Below, one piece after another: positions 29,958 through 39,775 of a DNA stretch of 64,000 nucleotides. Position numbers and translations under genes: made by a program. Below the pieces are notes generated by a model that saw nothing but the letters and a program-made list of their open reading frames with translations, was not told the DNA's origin and ran no database searches. The DNA is taken from contig CAZBBK010000014.1 of assembly GCA_964490075.1 (NCBI GenBank), positions 1 through 64,000 on the forward strand, in the 5' to 3' direction. This stretch comes from an uncultured Gemmatimonadota bacterium. Its GTDB lineage: Bacteria; GCA-2686955. Every line of letters starts with the position of its first letter. Positions within the stretch are counted from its first letter, which is position 1.

Positions 29958-31720
29958 GGCAGCTGGAACTCGAAGCAGCAGTCGTAGATGCACTCGATGG
30001 CGTCGGAGGGCTCACTCTTCGCCTGGGTGACGGCGACCACCACCATGCGCTCATGGAGATCGAAGAATATGTTGCGATGGACCAGCTCGGCCAGGGGCTC
30101 CAGGGAGATCGTCTGGCCGCGGTGCATCAGCGTGGCGGGTCCCAACTCGCCCTGGCGCAGGATCAGCGAGGTCAACAGGCTGTTGATGTTGGCGCCGTTG
30201 ATCAGCTTCTCTTCGAAGGGCGCCCGGTCGAGATACTTCATCACCACCGAATCGAGCTCCTCGATGTCGTCGATGCGTTGCAGGATCAGGTGCGTGGCCG
30301 CGGTGTCGAGCAGACGGTCGAGGAGCCGGTCGCGGCTGTAGGGTTGGGTGTAGTCGACATCGAAGAAGGTCGCGCCGCAGGTGGCGACGGAGCAGAAATC
30401 GACCATGACCACCGGGCAGAGGACCCGCATCGGCGCTGCGCCGGTCTCGTTCTCGGTCAGCCAGGCATCGCACGCGATGTAGCCGGCCATCGAAATCTGA
30501 TCGTACTTGTCGCGCAGAAACGACTCGTCGCCGACGTAACGCCGATAGTCTCCGAAGGCACCCCAGCGGCCGACCATGAGCAATCCCACGGCGATGCCCG
30601 GCCCGATCCAGGCCAGCACTCGCAGGCGCAACACCTTGAGCAGCACCTGCTCGGCCGTGAACACCATGAAGAGCAACAGCAGCCCGAGGCCGAAAAGGGT
30701 GTAGCGCAGGTCGGCCTCGTAGAAGGTGAAGGCCGCCGTATGCGCCACGAAGTAGAGATAGACCGGAGAGAAGCGCACGAAGCAGGCGGCCCCGAGTGCC
30801 AGCGCGATCGCCGCCCCTTGCCAGAAGGGTGTATCGGCGATCCGATTCAGGTCGAAGCTGCGGTAGAGCCAGCTGGTCTGGATGCTGTAGGGGGCGTCGA
30901 GATTGAGGATCGCCAGCATGGCGTTGCGCACCGTGTCGCGAAACACCGCGAGCAGGGGGCCGGAGTCTCCGGCGGCGAGCGCCGCCCACATGCTCTGCTG
31001 GTTGATCTGGCGATAGGCGAGATACTCGCCGGCGGAGCGGAACACTGGGATGCTGAGCAGCAAGAAGAGGACGAATCCGGTGCCGCAGACCAGCCAGTAG
31101 CGCCGCCAGAGACGCATCGCATCCGAGCCCCACCCGTCGCGGCGCCAGGTGCGAAATCCCAGCCAGAGCGTCGCGCAGGGAATGATGATCCCACTGATTC
31201 GGGTCAGGATGACCAGCGACGAGAGCACGCCGGCCACGACCATCAGGCGCCGCTCGCCGCGCCGCCAGCCGAGCGCCATTGCGTAGAGCGCCGCGAGGGT
31301 CAGGAAGATGTAGAGGATGTTGTACTGAATTGTGGAGGCGAAGCAGATGTCGAGCAGGCTGAGACACATCAACAGAGCCGCGCTGAGCGCCGCGAAGGTC
31401 GAGGTCACTTCGCGCCCGAGCAGGTAGAGCAAGACCACCGCTCCGACGCTCGACACCAGGGTGACGCTCTTGGCGAGCAATAGATTTTCCGGACCGAAGA
31501 GCAGCTCCAGGAGCGCCAGAAGCGCTACGTAGAACACTCCCTCGTCGTAGGTGAAAATGGTCATGATGTCGCCGGTCGCGATCCGCGCACCGATGAACCA
31601 GTACCAGTTCGACCCCTCGCTGAGCTCGGCGTTGAAGACCACCAGGCGGATCGCCAGCGCCGCCAGGCCGATCAGCAGCGGCACCGCGATGCGGCCCGCT
31701 CGGGACAAGAGGGGCGACAT
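29954..31720 (-). CDS. ArnT/PMT-like GT-C-fold glycosyltransferase
   Basis: ALAIRL leader, YDEGVFY, LYLLGR, ILTRISG, DLRYTL, multiple TMs. TGATG overlap with carbamoyltransferase 3. Confidence 0.72.
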   Translation of the reverse strand: MSPLLSRAGRIAVPLLIGLAALAIRLVVFNAELSEGSNWYWFIGARIATGDIMTIFTYDEGVFYVALLALLELLFGPENLLLAKSVTLVSSVGAVVLLYLLGREVTSTFAALSAALLMCLSLLDICFASTIQYNILYIFLTLAALYAMALGWRRGERRLMVVAGVLSSLVILTRISGIIIPCATLWLGFRTWRRDGWGSDAMRLWRRYWLVCGTGFVLFLLLSIPVFRSAGEYLAYRQINQQSMWAALAAGDSGPLLAVFRDTVRNAMLAILNLDAPYSIQTSWLYRSFDLNRIADTPFWQGAAIALALGAACFVRFSPVYLYFVAHTAAFTFYEADLRYTLFGLGLLLLFMVFTAEQVLLKVLRLRVLAWIGPGIAVGLLMVGRWGAFGDYRRYVGDESFLRDKYDQISMAGYIACDAWLTENETGAAPMRVLCPVVMVDFCSVATCGATFFDVDYTQPYSRDRLLDRLLDTAATHLILQRIDDIEELDSVVMKYLDRAPFEEKLINGANINSLLTSLILRQGELGPATLMHRGQTISLEPLAELVHRNIFFDLHERMVVVAVTQAKSEPSDAIECIYDCCFEFQLP

Positions 31721-33480
31721 CAAGGCTTCGCCAAGCGCGTGCCTTCCAGGTAGAGCACGTCGATTCCGGTTCCGGCGAAGCAGAGCAGGGCGTCGTCCGG
31801 CGAGCAGACGATCGGCTCTCCACGCACGTTGAAGCTGGTATTGAGCACCACGGGCGTTCCGCTGAGCTCGGCGAAGGCCGAGATCAGGCGATGGAAGAGC
31901 GGCGAGTCGTCGCGGTTCACGGTCTGCAGCCGCGCCGAGCCGTCGACATGGGTGACGGCCGGGATCTCGGTGCGTTTCTCCGCCCGAACCGGACAGATTT
32001 TGAGCATGAAGGGGGTCGGTCCCTCGATCTCGAAGTACTCGGCGGCGCGCTCTTCCAGCGCCGCCGGGGCAAAGGGCCGGAAGCCCTCGCGATGTTTGAC
32101 CCGAGCGTTGAGGTGGTCCTTCATCGTCGCCTGCCGCGGGTCGGCCAGGATCGAACGATGGCCGAGGGCCCGCGGACCAACCTCCATGCGGCCCTGGAAC
32201 CAGCCGACGATGCGTCCGGCGGCGATGTCGCGGGCCGCATGTTCGGCCGGCGTGTCGAGCGCTTCGATAGTCACGGAATCGAGCCTGGAGCGCTGCCGAT
32301 CGATCGCGGCGGCGACATCGGCCGCGGTCCAGGCCGGTCCCCAGGCGGCATGACCCAGGTGGCGCTGGGCGCCGGGACGCTGGAGTCGGAAATGGTGCAG
32401 CAGCAGCGCGCCACCGAGCGCGGTTCCGGCGTCGTTGGCGGCCGGCTGCACGTAGATCTCGTCGAAGGGCCCCTCGCGCACCAGGCGTCCGTTGGCGGCG
32501 CCGTTCAGGGCCACTCCGCCGGCCAGGCAGAGGCGTTTCAGTCCGGTGCGCCGCGCGAGCTCCGCGGCGAGGTGCAGGAAGATCGTCTCGGTATGGGCCT
32601 GCAGCGAGGCCGCCACGTCGTGGTGGTGATCGTCGAAGGGCCCCTCGGGTACCCGGCGCGGTCCGAAGCGCTCGATGAAGCGCTGCGTCACGTAGTCCTG
32701 CTTGCCCAGGTGGACGTCGAAATAGCGCATGTCGAGACGCAGCCGGAAGCCGGGACCGAGGCGCAGGATCTCGGCGAAGTCGTCGGCGTACTTCGGGCTG
32801 CCGTAGGGCGCCAGCCCCATCACTTTGCCCTCGCCGGAGTTCTCTTTGAAGCCGAGATACTCGGTCACGCAGAGGTAGAGCAACCCGAGGCTGTGGGGAT
32901 AGGCGATTCGCTCCAGCACCTCGTAGCGGTGGCCGCGGGCTCGCGCGGCGAGGGTGGTGTGGGCCTCGCCGTTGGCGTCGATGATCAGCACCGCCGCCTC
33001 GTCGAAGCCCGAAGGGCAGAATGCCGATGCGATGTGGGCGGCGTGGTGATCGGCGTAGTGGAACTTGCCCCGGAATCCGAGTGTTCGAAACTCGCGCTTG
33101 ACTCCGAGCATGCGTCGCAAGATGTCGGTTCGGCCCTCGCTGACTACCGGGCGCCCGGCGCTCGACGACGATTGCCCGGCTCCCGGCGTCAGCCTTGGCC
33201 ACCAGGCCGCCGCCTTGGCGAGGGCGGCGATCCAGGCCCGTTTGCTCAGCCCGCGCCAGGGTCGCCAGAAGTAGACCGCGTGGTCGACCTCGGCGAGTGT
33301 GATGCCGGCATCGGCCAGGAGTGCCTCGAGCGCCAGGCGAGGAAACGCGGACGTGTGTTTCTGGCGGGTGAAGCGTTCCTCTTCCACGAAGCCGGCGATC
33401 TCGCCGTCGCGCAAGAGGCAGACCGCACTGTCGTGCATGTGGCAGTTGACGCCCAGGATGTAGAGCGGGCGGTGTCTCAT
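31720..33480 (-). CDS. O-carbamoyltransferase, CmcH/NodU (SxtI-like) family, paralog 3
   Basis: ILGVNCHMHDSA, EEERFTRQKH, DHHAAHIASAF, HSLGLLY, EGKVMGLAPYG, QPAANDAG, GPRALGHRSILADP, LNTSFNVRGEPIV. Confidence 0.96.
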   Translation of the reverse strand: MRHRPLYILGVNCHMHDSAVCLLRDGEIAGFVEEERFTRQKHTSAFPRLALEALLADAGITLAEVDHAVYFWRPWRGLSKRAWIAALAKAAAWWPRLTPGAGQSSSSAGRPVVSEGRTDILRRMLGVKREFRTLGFRGKFHYADHHAAHIASAFCPSGFDEAAVLIIDANGEAHTTLAARARGHRYEVLERIAYPHSLGLLYLCVTEYLGFKENSGEGKVMGLAPYGSPKYADDFAEILRLGPGFRLRLDMRYFDVHLGKQDYVTQRFIERFGPRRVPEGPFDDHHHDVAASLQAHTETIFLHLAAELARRTGLKRLCLAGGVALNGAANGRLVREGPFDEIYVQPAANDAGTALGGALLLHHFRLQRPGAQRHLGHAAWGPAWTAADVAAAIDRQRSRLDSVTIEALDTPAEHAARDIAAGRIVGWFQGRMEVGPRALGHRSILADPRQATMKDHLNARVKHREGFRPFAPAALEERAAEYFEIEGPTPFMLKICPVRAEKRTEIPAVTHVDGSARLQTVNRDDSPLFHRLISAFAELSGTPVVLNTSFNVRGEPIVCSPDDALLCFAGTGIDVLYLEGTRLAKP

Positions 33481-35537
33481 TGCAGCTCGATCCATGTGTA
33501 GCTACGGCCGTTTCCGTTGGGGTCGCTGCCGTCGCTGGTAGAGAAGAACACCTTGCCCTGCCAGTGGCTGTAGCGCCCCCCCCCGGAGCGCCGGATCGCC
33601 TGGTGGCCCTGGTGGGCGGGCCCCAGCGGCACGTCGTCCTCCAGCAGCGCCAGCCGCGACCGGCCCACCCGATTTGGCTCGTCGCTCGGGACGTTGGCGG
33701 GGACGTCCATCACGTAGGAAGCACCGCCGTCGTGCGGAAAGTAGCCGTCGACGTCGCTGCCGCGGCGCAAGGGCTGGGAGCCGATTCTATAGACACGGAT
33801 CTCTGGATGGTGCACCGAGTAGTCGTAGGGCAGTGCCGGGAAGCGGGCGATCAGCGCGGTTCCCGGATGGGATTGGAGCTCGACATAAAAATTCCGATAG
33901 GGCCGAGTCTCGGGATTGCCGTACATCCACTGAGAGAGCACCACGTAGTCGGGCGCCAGGCGCAGCAAGGCGGGGAAGTCTCCTGTGTCGCGATTCGCGT
34001 GCAGCGCGTAAGTCTGGAGAACCATGTCGCGGGCGACCCGTGCCGCCATCTGTTCGGCAGCGTCGAGGCTCGTCGCGTCGAGCTCCAGGGCCATGATATG
34101 GCGCGGCTCGCACATGCCCTCCAGGTCGGACAAGATCTCGGTCGCGGCGCTGTCTGATTCACCCACCAACAAGAAGGGAACCCGCTTCACGAAAGGCCCG
34201 TACATCGGTTGCCCCTCGAGAAAGCTGAAGTTGGTGATTTGGTAGCGTTGGCCAGAAACCGACGGTCCGTACTCCCCGTTCGACTCCACGGCGATGGACG
34301 ATTCGACCGGAATATTGTCGCTGATCCAGCGCGATGCCACCAGCCGCGAATCGGGAGTGTGGAAGATCGTCTGCACCGTCGCCAGCGCCGGCAGAACCTC
34401 GGCCAGCGCGGCGGCCAGGAGCAGCGCCGTCAATCCCGCCCGTGTCCGCACCGGGAGGCGCCGAAAGGGAACCACCACCGCGCCCGCGGCCAGCACCAGC
34501 AGGATCGGCACGATCGGCAGGATGTAGCGCGGAACGCGCAATCCGAAGGACGACATCAGGCAGTAGAAGCCACCCAGCCACAGGGCGACGACCAGCGCGG
34601 CGCCGGGCCTGGATCTCACCATGAACCCAAAGCCCAGGGCGGCGAGGGCCATCAAACCGAATCCCATGTGGCGCCCCAGGAGGAAGAAGTACTCGCCGAG
34701 GGGCCGTGCGTCGCCGGTTCCGGTGTCGAGCGACACCACGCGCCCGAGGTTGCGTTGTAGCTCGGCCCAGGAGTCCTGGAAGTGGACCAGGAAGGCGAGG
34801 TTGATCAGCAGCACGGTGAAGGCGGCGAGGGCGGCGCCCGCCAGCACCGGCGCTCTCCAGGGCGGCGACCCACGCCGGGACCAGGCCCAGCCCAGCGCGC
34901 CGGCGTAGGGCAGGAGCAGCGCCACCGCGTTGTACTTCTGCGACATCGCCAGCCCCATCAAGAGCCCGGCCCGGAGATGATCGCGGGCGCCGCCGCGCTC
35001 GGCGACAGCCACCAGAGCGATCACCGCGGCGCTGCAGAGCAGCACGAAGAGGGCGTCGAGGGTGCCGTAGTGGGAGTGCTGCACGTGCAGCGGGTTGAGT
35101 GTGAGCAGGACACCGGCGATGAGTGCGGCACCCGCTCCTCCCGCCAGCTCGCGGCCGCGCCGCATGACCAGCCAGGCCGTGGCGCCGGCCGCCACGACCG
35201 ACACCATCCGCGCCAGCAGGTAGCGGGTGCCGGGGATCAGGTCGAGGAAGGAGTGGTAGTCGAGATCGCTCGCTATCCCGACCAGTCGGGCGCCCCAGAA
35301 GGTGATTCCGTTGAGGGCCGCCAGCAGATAGAGATGGAGCGCGGGGTAGCCCCAGTAGTGCGGATCGAGATCGGGCCAGATCTGTCCCGACTTGTTCCAG
35401 ACGCCGTACTCGTCGGCATGCCAGGCCCCCACCCACCCCTGATCGAGCGCGATGTTGAAGCCGATGCCGCTGGCGCGCAAGACCAGGGCGAGCGCCGCGA
35501 TTGCGATTGCGGCATATGTCGATCGGGCGATCCGCAG
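33477..35537 (-). CDS. ArnT-like GT-C glycosyltransferase with an extra C-terminal soluble module
   Basis: WHADE, DPHYWGYPALH, SHYGTLD, SQKYNA, VPRYILP, DSRLVASRWI. The start is uncertain; a CTG at 35537 follows GGAG by 7 nt. Confidence 0.8.
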   Translation of the reverse strand: MRIARSTYAAIAIAALALVLRASGIGFNIALDQGWVGAWHADEYGVWNKSGQIWPDLDPHYWGYPALHLYLLAALNGITFWGARLVGIASDLDYHSFLDLIPGTRYLLARMVSVVAAGATAWLVMRRGRELAGGAGAALIAGVLLTLNPLHVQHSHYGTLDALFVLLCSAAVIALVAVAERGGARDHLRAGLLMGLAMSQKYNAVALLLPYAGALGWAWSRRGSPPWRAPVLAGAALAAFTVLLINLAFLVHFQDSWAELQRNLGRVVSLDTGTGDARPLGEYFFLLGRHMGFGLMALAALGFGFMVRSRPGAALVVALWLGGFYCLMSSFGLRVPRYILPIVPILLVLAAGAVVVPFRRLPVRTRAGLTALLLAAALAEVLPALATVQTIFHTPDSRLVASRWISDNIPVESSIAVESNGEYGPSVSGQRYQITNFSFLEGQPMYGPFVKRVPFLLVGESDSAATEILSDLEGMCEPRHIMALELDATSLDAAEQMAARVARDMVLQTYALHANRDTGDFPALLRLAPDYVVLSQWMYGNPETRPYRNFYVELQSHPGTALIARFPALPYDYSVHHPEIRVYRIGSQPLRRGSDVDGYFPHDGGASYVMDVPANVPSDEPNRVGRSRLALLEDDVPLGPAHQGHQAIRRSGGGRYSHWQGKVFFSTSDGSDPNGNGRSYTWIELQ

Positions 35538-35582
35538 AGCCGGACTCCGGATGGAAGCTGATTGGAGTACAAGACTTTGCGA

Positions 35583-35611
35583 AGAATATGGAGGGGGGGG
35601 GTGGGCGTCAA
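35583..35611 (-). promoter_or_regulatory. Sigma70-type promoter with a C9 homopolymer in the spacer
   Basis: Minus strand TTGACG (35611-35606), 17-nt spacer containing C9 (G9 at 35593-35601 on +), TATTCT (35588-35583). Confidence 0.6.
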
Positions 35612-35689
35612 GGAGGACGGGATCCGGATGCGGGGCGGCACTCCCGCCCCAAGTCTGGCCTTTGTGCCCACCCCTGCTATGCTCCGGCC

Positions 35690-35932
35690 ATGGCTTCCGG
35701 GAGACTCCGCTCCGCATGGCTGCGCTTCAAGGCGCGGGCCGAGGCGCTGCGGCTGCGCATCGCCTCGGCGCAGACCACGGTGTTGATCGTCATCGGCTAC
35801 TTCCTGGTGCTGGGGCCGATCGCGCTGATCTGGCGCCGTTTCGTGCCCGATCCGCTGGGCGAGTCGGGCACGGGATGGACCGAGCGACCCGAGCTGCCGC
35901 GCGACCTCGAATCGCACCGGCGGCAGTACTGA
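35690..35932 (+). CDS. SxtJ-like small membrane protein (80 aa)
   Basis: MASGRLRSAWLRF...TTVLIVIGYFLVLGPIALIWRRFVPDPL...GWTER...RRQY matches the W..F..TM-P-I..R...DPL...W..R...RQ[FY] pattern. Extended -10 TGCTATGCT just upstream. Confidence 0.75.
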   Translation: MASGRLRSAWLRFKARAEALRLRIASAQTTVLIVIGYFLVLGPIALIWRRFVPDPLGESGTGWTERPELPRDLESHRRQY

Positions 35933-35935
35933 TCG

Positions 35936-38098
35936 ATGCGGCGGCGGTCGAGCCGCGCGCTGCGGGTGGGCGCGTGTATCTGGTTGGCGCTGCTGGTGGC
36001 GGTCACGCTGAGCGGGCGGCGCGACGCCTTGGCCGCGGCCGGTTACGCGTTGGGACCGCTGCTGCTGCTGGCCGCCGGGGCCTGGCTGGCGGAGCCGCCG
36101 CGCGAGGCGCCGATCGCGAAGCCGCCCGCGTTCCGCGGGGTCTGGATCGGCGCGGTGGCGGTGGGGCTCTGCGGCCTGGCCCTGGTGCGCTTCGGCCGTG
36201 GGCTCGACGGGGCCTTCATCTGGGACGACCTGCGCCATCTCTCGTGGGGAGTCGACCTGGTCGAGAACCGGTCGTGGGCGACGCTCTGGAAGTACTTGAG
36301 CGAGAACCAGGGCAGCATGTACCGGGCCCTGCCCAGCCTGATGGCCGGGGTCGACTATGCGCTCTGGGGGGCCGATTCGCGTGGCTGGCACGCCACCACG
36401 CTGTTCTTTCACGTCGGTGCCGCCTTCTGGATCTACCTGCTGGGGTGTCGACTGCTCTCCGATCGGAGGGCGGCGCTCTTCGCGGCCGCGGCGCTCCTGA
36501 TCTACCCGCTGGCGACCGACTGTGCCTTGTGGATCACTCTGCGCGAAGAGGGAATGTGCCTCTTCTTCTACAGCTTGAGCTGCGTGCTCTATCTGCGCGG
36601 AGTGCCGGCGGGGGAGGAGGGGGCGCGGGCGATGCGCGCGGCGGCGGTCGCGGCCACGTGTGCGGCGCTCTTCAGCAAGGAGCTGGCGGTGACTCTGCCG
36701 GCGGCGCTGTGGCTGCTCGGGGGGGCGCTCGGCGAGTCGCGGCGCCGGCGCCTGGTGCACCTGGCGCCGCACGTGGCGGCGGTGGTGCTCTTCGGCTGGG
36801 CGCGCACCGTGGTGCACGGCGGGGTGGTGGCCGGGTTGTCGAGCGCGGAGGGGGAGTCCTACGGGTCGCTGGGCGGCTACTTCGCCTCTCTGCCCGCGAT
36901 CGTGGCCTACTTCTTCGGTCCTTTCCTGCAGATGCTCTTGATCCCCTTCGAGCGCGGTCTCGGGGGGATGATCGCCGATCGCGCGCTGTGGACCGAGGCG
37001 GCGATCGTCGCCGCCCTGGTCGCGGCGCTGCTGCGGCCCGGAGCGTTGCCCCACGGGCACCGGCGCGCCATCGTGGCGCTGGCGGTGTTGGTTGGGGTGA
37101 TGGCGCTGCCGGTGCTGCCGCATATCGCCCAGGAGGGGCTGGCGCTTTCGGAACACCGGCGCTACTACCTGCCGGCCGCGCCTCTGATGCTGCTGCTGGC
37201 CGCGCTCCTGGTGGCCGGACGTTCGCGGCGCGCGGCATGGGTGGGAGCGGGCGCGGTGTTGCTGCCGTATGGGATCTTCGGCGAGGGCTACGTGGAGGAA
37301 TGGGTGCGCATCGGCGATGCGCGGAGGCGTCTCGAGCAGGATCTGGTGGCGTTGGTCGAATCACACCCGGAGCTGCGCACCCTCTACTTCACCCGCGACT
37401 CCACCTCCGAAGCGGCGGAGGCAGCGGCACAGTACTTCCGCTGGGTCGCGCCCCGGCCGCTCAGCGCGGTGGCGCTCCATCCGGGGAACCGCAGCGCCTG
37501 GTTCTCCTCGCGCGAGGGCGATCCGGCTCCGCCCCTGGACGAGCTCGGCGGGGTCGACTGGGGCGGCGCCGCGCGCCTGGTGCGCTGGCGGATCGATCGC
37601 TCGGGCGTCGAGGATTGCACCGGCGCGCTGCGCGCCGCCCTGGCGCACCAGGCCCGGCCCCGTATCAGCCCCGCCGGTGCGCGGCGCTGGCCGGCGCTGG
37701 AGCACTGGGAGGCGGCTGAGTGCAGCGCGGGCGCGGCGCGCCTGGAGGGTGGCGAATGGCGTTTGGGGGGCGAGCTGGCCTGTCGCGTCCAGGTGCGGAT
37801 GACGCCGGTCGCCGCCGCCGACGTTGCCGCGGTGAGGGTTCGGGCGCGCGCATCGGAGACGGCGACGCTGCGTTTTCACTGGGCGATCGACGGCCGCTGG
37901 GAGGACCACCTCCTGGAGCGCGAGCTGCCAGCGGGCGCGGGGAGTGTCGCCACCTTCCGCCTCGACGACGTGCCGATCTGGCTGATGGCCGGCAAGGTCG
38001 AGGCGGTGGCGCTGAGCGCCAAGCCGGGGGCGCAAGTGTGGCTCGAGAGCCTGGATGTGGTGCTGGCGGCGGGGCCCATGGTGCCGGGAAAGCCCTGA
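35936..38098 (+). CDS. TMTC-like GT-C-fold membrane glycosyltransferase with a C-terminal beta-sandwich
   Basis: FIWDD, MYRALP, WHATTLFFH, WITLREE, LFSKE, EHRRYYLP. Confidence 0.75.
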   Translation: MRRRSSRALRVGACIWLALLVAVTLSGRRDALAAAGYALGPLLLLAAGAWLAEPPREAPIAKPPAFRGVWIGAVAVGLCGLALVRFGRGLDGAFIWDDLRHLSWGVDLVENRSWATLWKYLSENQGSMYRALPSLMAGVDYALWGADSRGWHATTLFFHVGAAFWIYLLGCRLLSDRRAALFAAAALLIYPLATDCALWITLREEGMCLFFYSLSCVLYLRGVPAGEEGARAMRAAAVAATCAALFSKELAVTLPAALWLLGGALGESRRRRLVHLAPHVAAVVLFGWARTVVHGGVVAGLSSAEGESYGSLGGYFASLPAIVAYFFGPFLQMLLIPFERGLGGMIADRALWTEAAIVAALVAALLRPGALPHGHRRAIVALAVLVGVMALPVLPHIAQEGLALSEHRRYYLPAAPLMLLLAALLVAGRSRRAAWVGAGAVLLPYGIFGEGYVEEWVRIGDARRRLEQDLVALVESHPELRTLYFTRDSTSEAAEAAAQYFRWVAPRPLSAVALHPGNRSAWFSSREGDPAPPLDELGGVDWGGAARLVRWRIDRSGVEDCTGALRAALAHQARPRISPAGARRWPALEHWEAAECSAGAARLEGGEWRLGGELACRVQVRMTPVAAADVAAVRVRARASETATLRFHWAIDGRWEDHLLERELPAGAGSVATFRLDDVPIWLMAGKVEAVALSAKPGAQVWLESLDVVLAAGPMVPGKP

Positions 38099-38127
38099 TC
38101 TCGCGCGGCATCGTCTGCCGCAGGGCT

Positions 38128-38384
38128 CACTCCTTTCCCCTCGTTGCGGGACTGTCTTCGTGGGGCATCCGCGACGCCTGGTTCGAGGGGGAGGAGAGTG
38201 TCGGTTCGACCCGGCGCACCGAGCGCGCGTGAGTTTGACATTCTTCGCACCGAGCGGGGTTCAGTTTGACACTTGACCCAGATTTGCCTTCGATTTGGGT
38301 CTCTGGGGGGGCTTTGGAAGCTGAATCGGGCTCCGAAGAGCCGGAAATGTCAAACTGAACCCCTCTCGGTGCGGAGAGTGTCAA
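38128..38384. repeat. Intergenic repeat element (tandem 31-bp units, 37-bp inverted repeat, flanking hairpin); MITE/REP-like
   Basis: Units CGCACCGAGC...AGTTTGACA at 38215-38240 and 38246-38271. 38235-38271 is the reverse complement of 38348-38384 (34/37 identical). Hairpin 38128-38143/38184-38200. Confidence 0.75.
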
Positions 38385-38464
38385 GTTCGGGCAGCCTGGG
38401 TGTGCTCTCTGGGCTGGCGGGGCTCATCTCCGCGCCACCGGCCGGTTTTGTGGGAGCATGACAC

Positions 38465-39771
<1,307 letters not shown>

Positions 39772-39775
<4 letters not shown>

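Noticed and set aside
8027..38098. Saxitoxin or other secondary-metabolite cluster
   Set aside because: Only SxtI/J/K/L-like accessory families are present. There is no sxtA-type PKS, amidinotransferase or other core gene, and the context is envelope glycosylation.
38215..38384. CRISPR array
   Set aside because: Only two tandem units plus an inverted copy, no unique spacers of regular length, and no cas genes.
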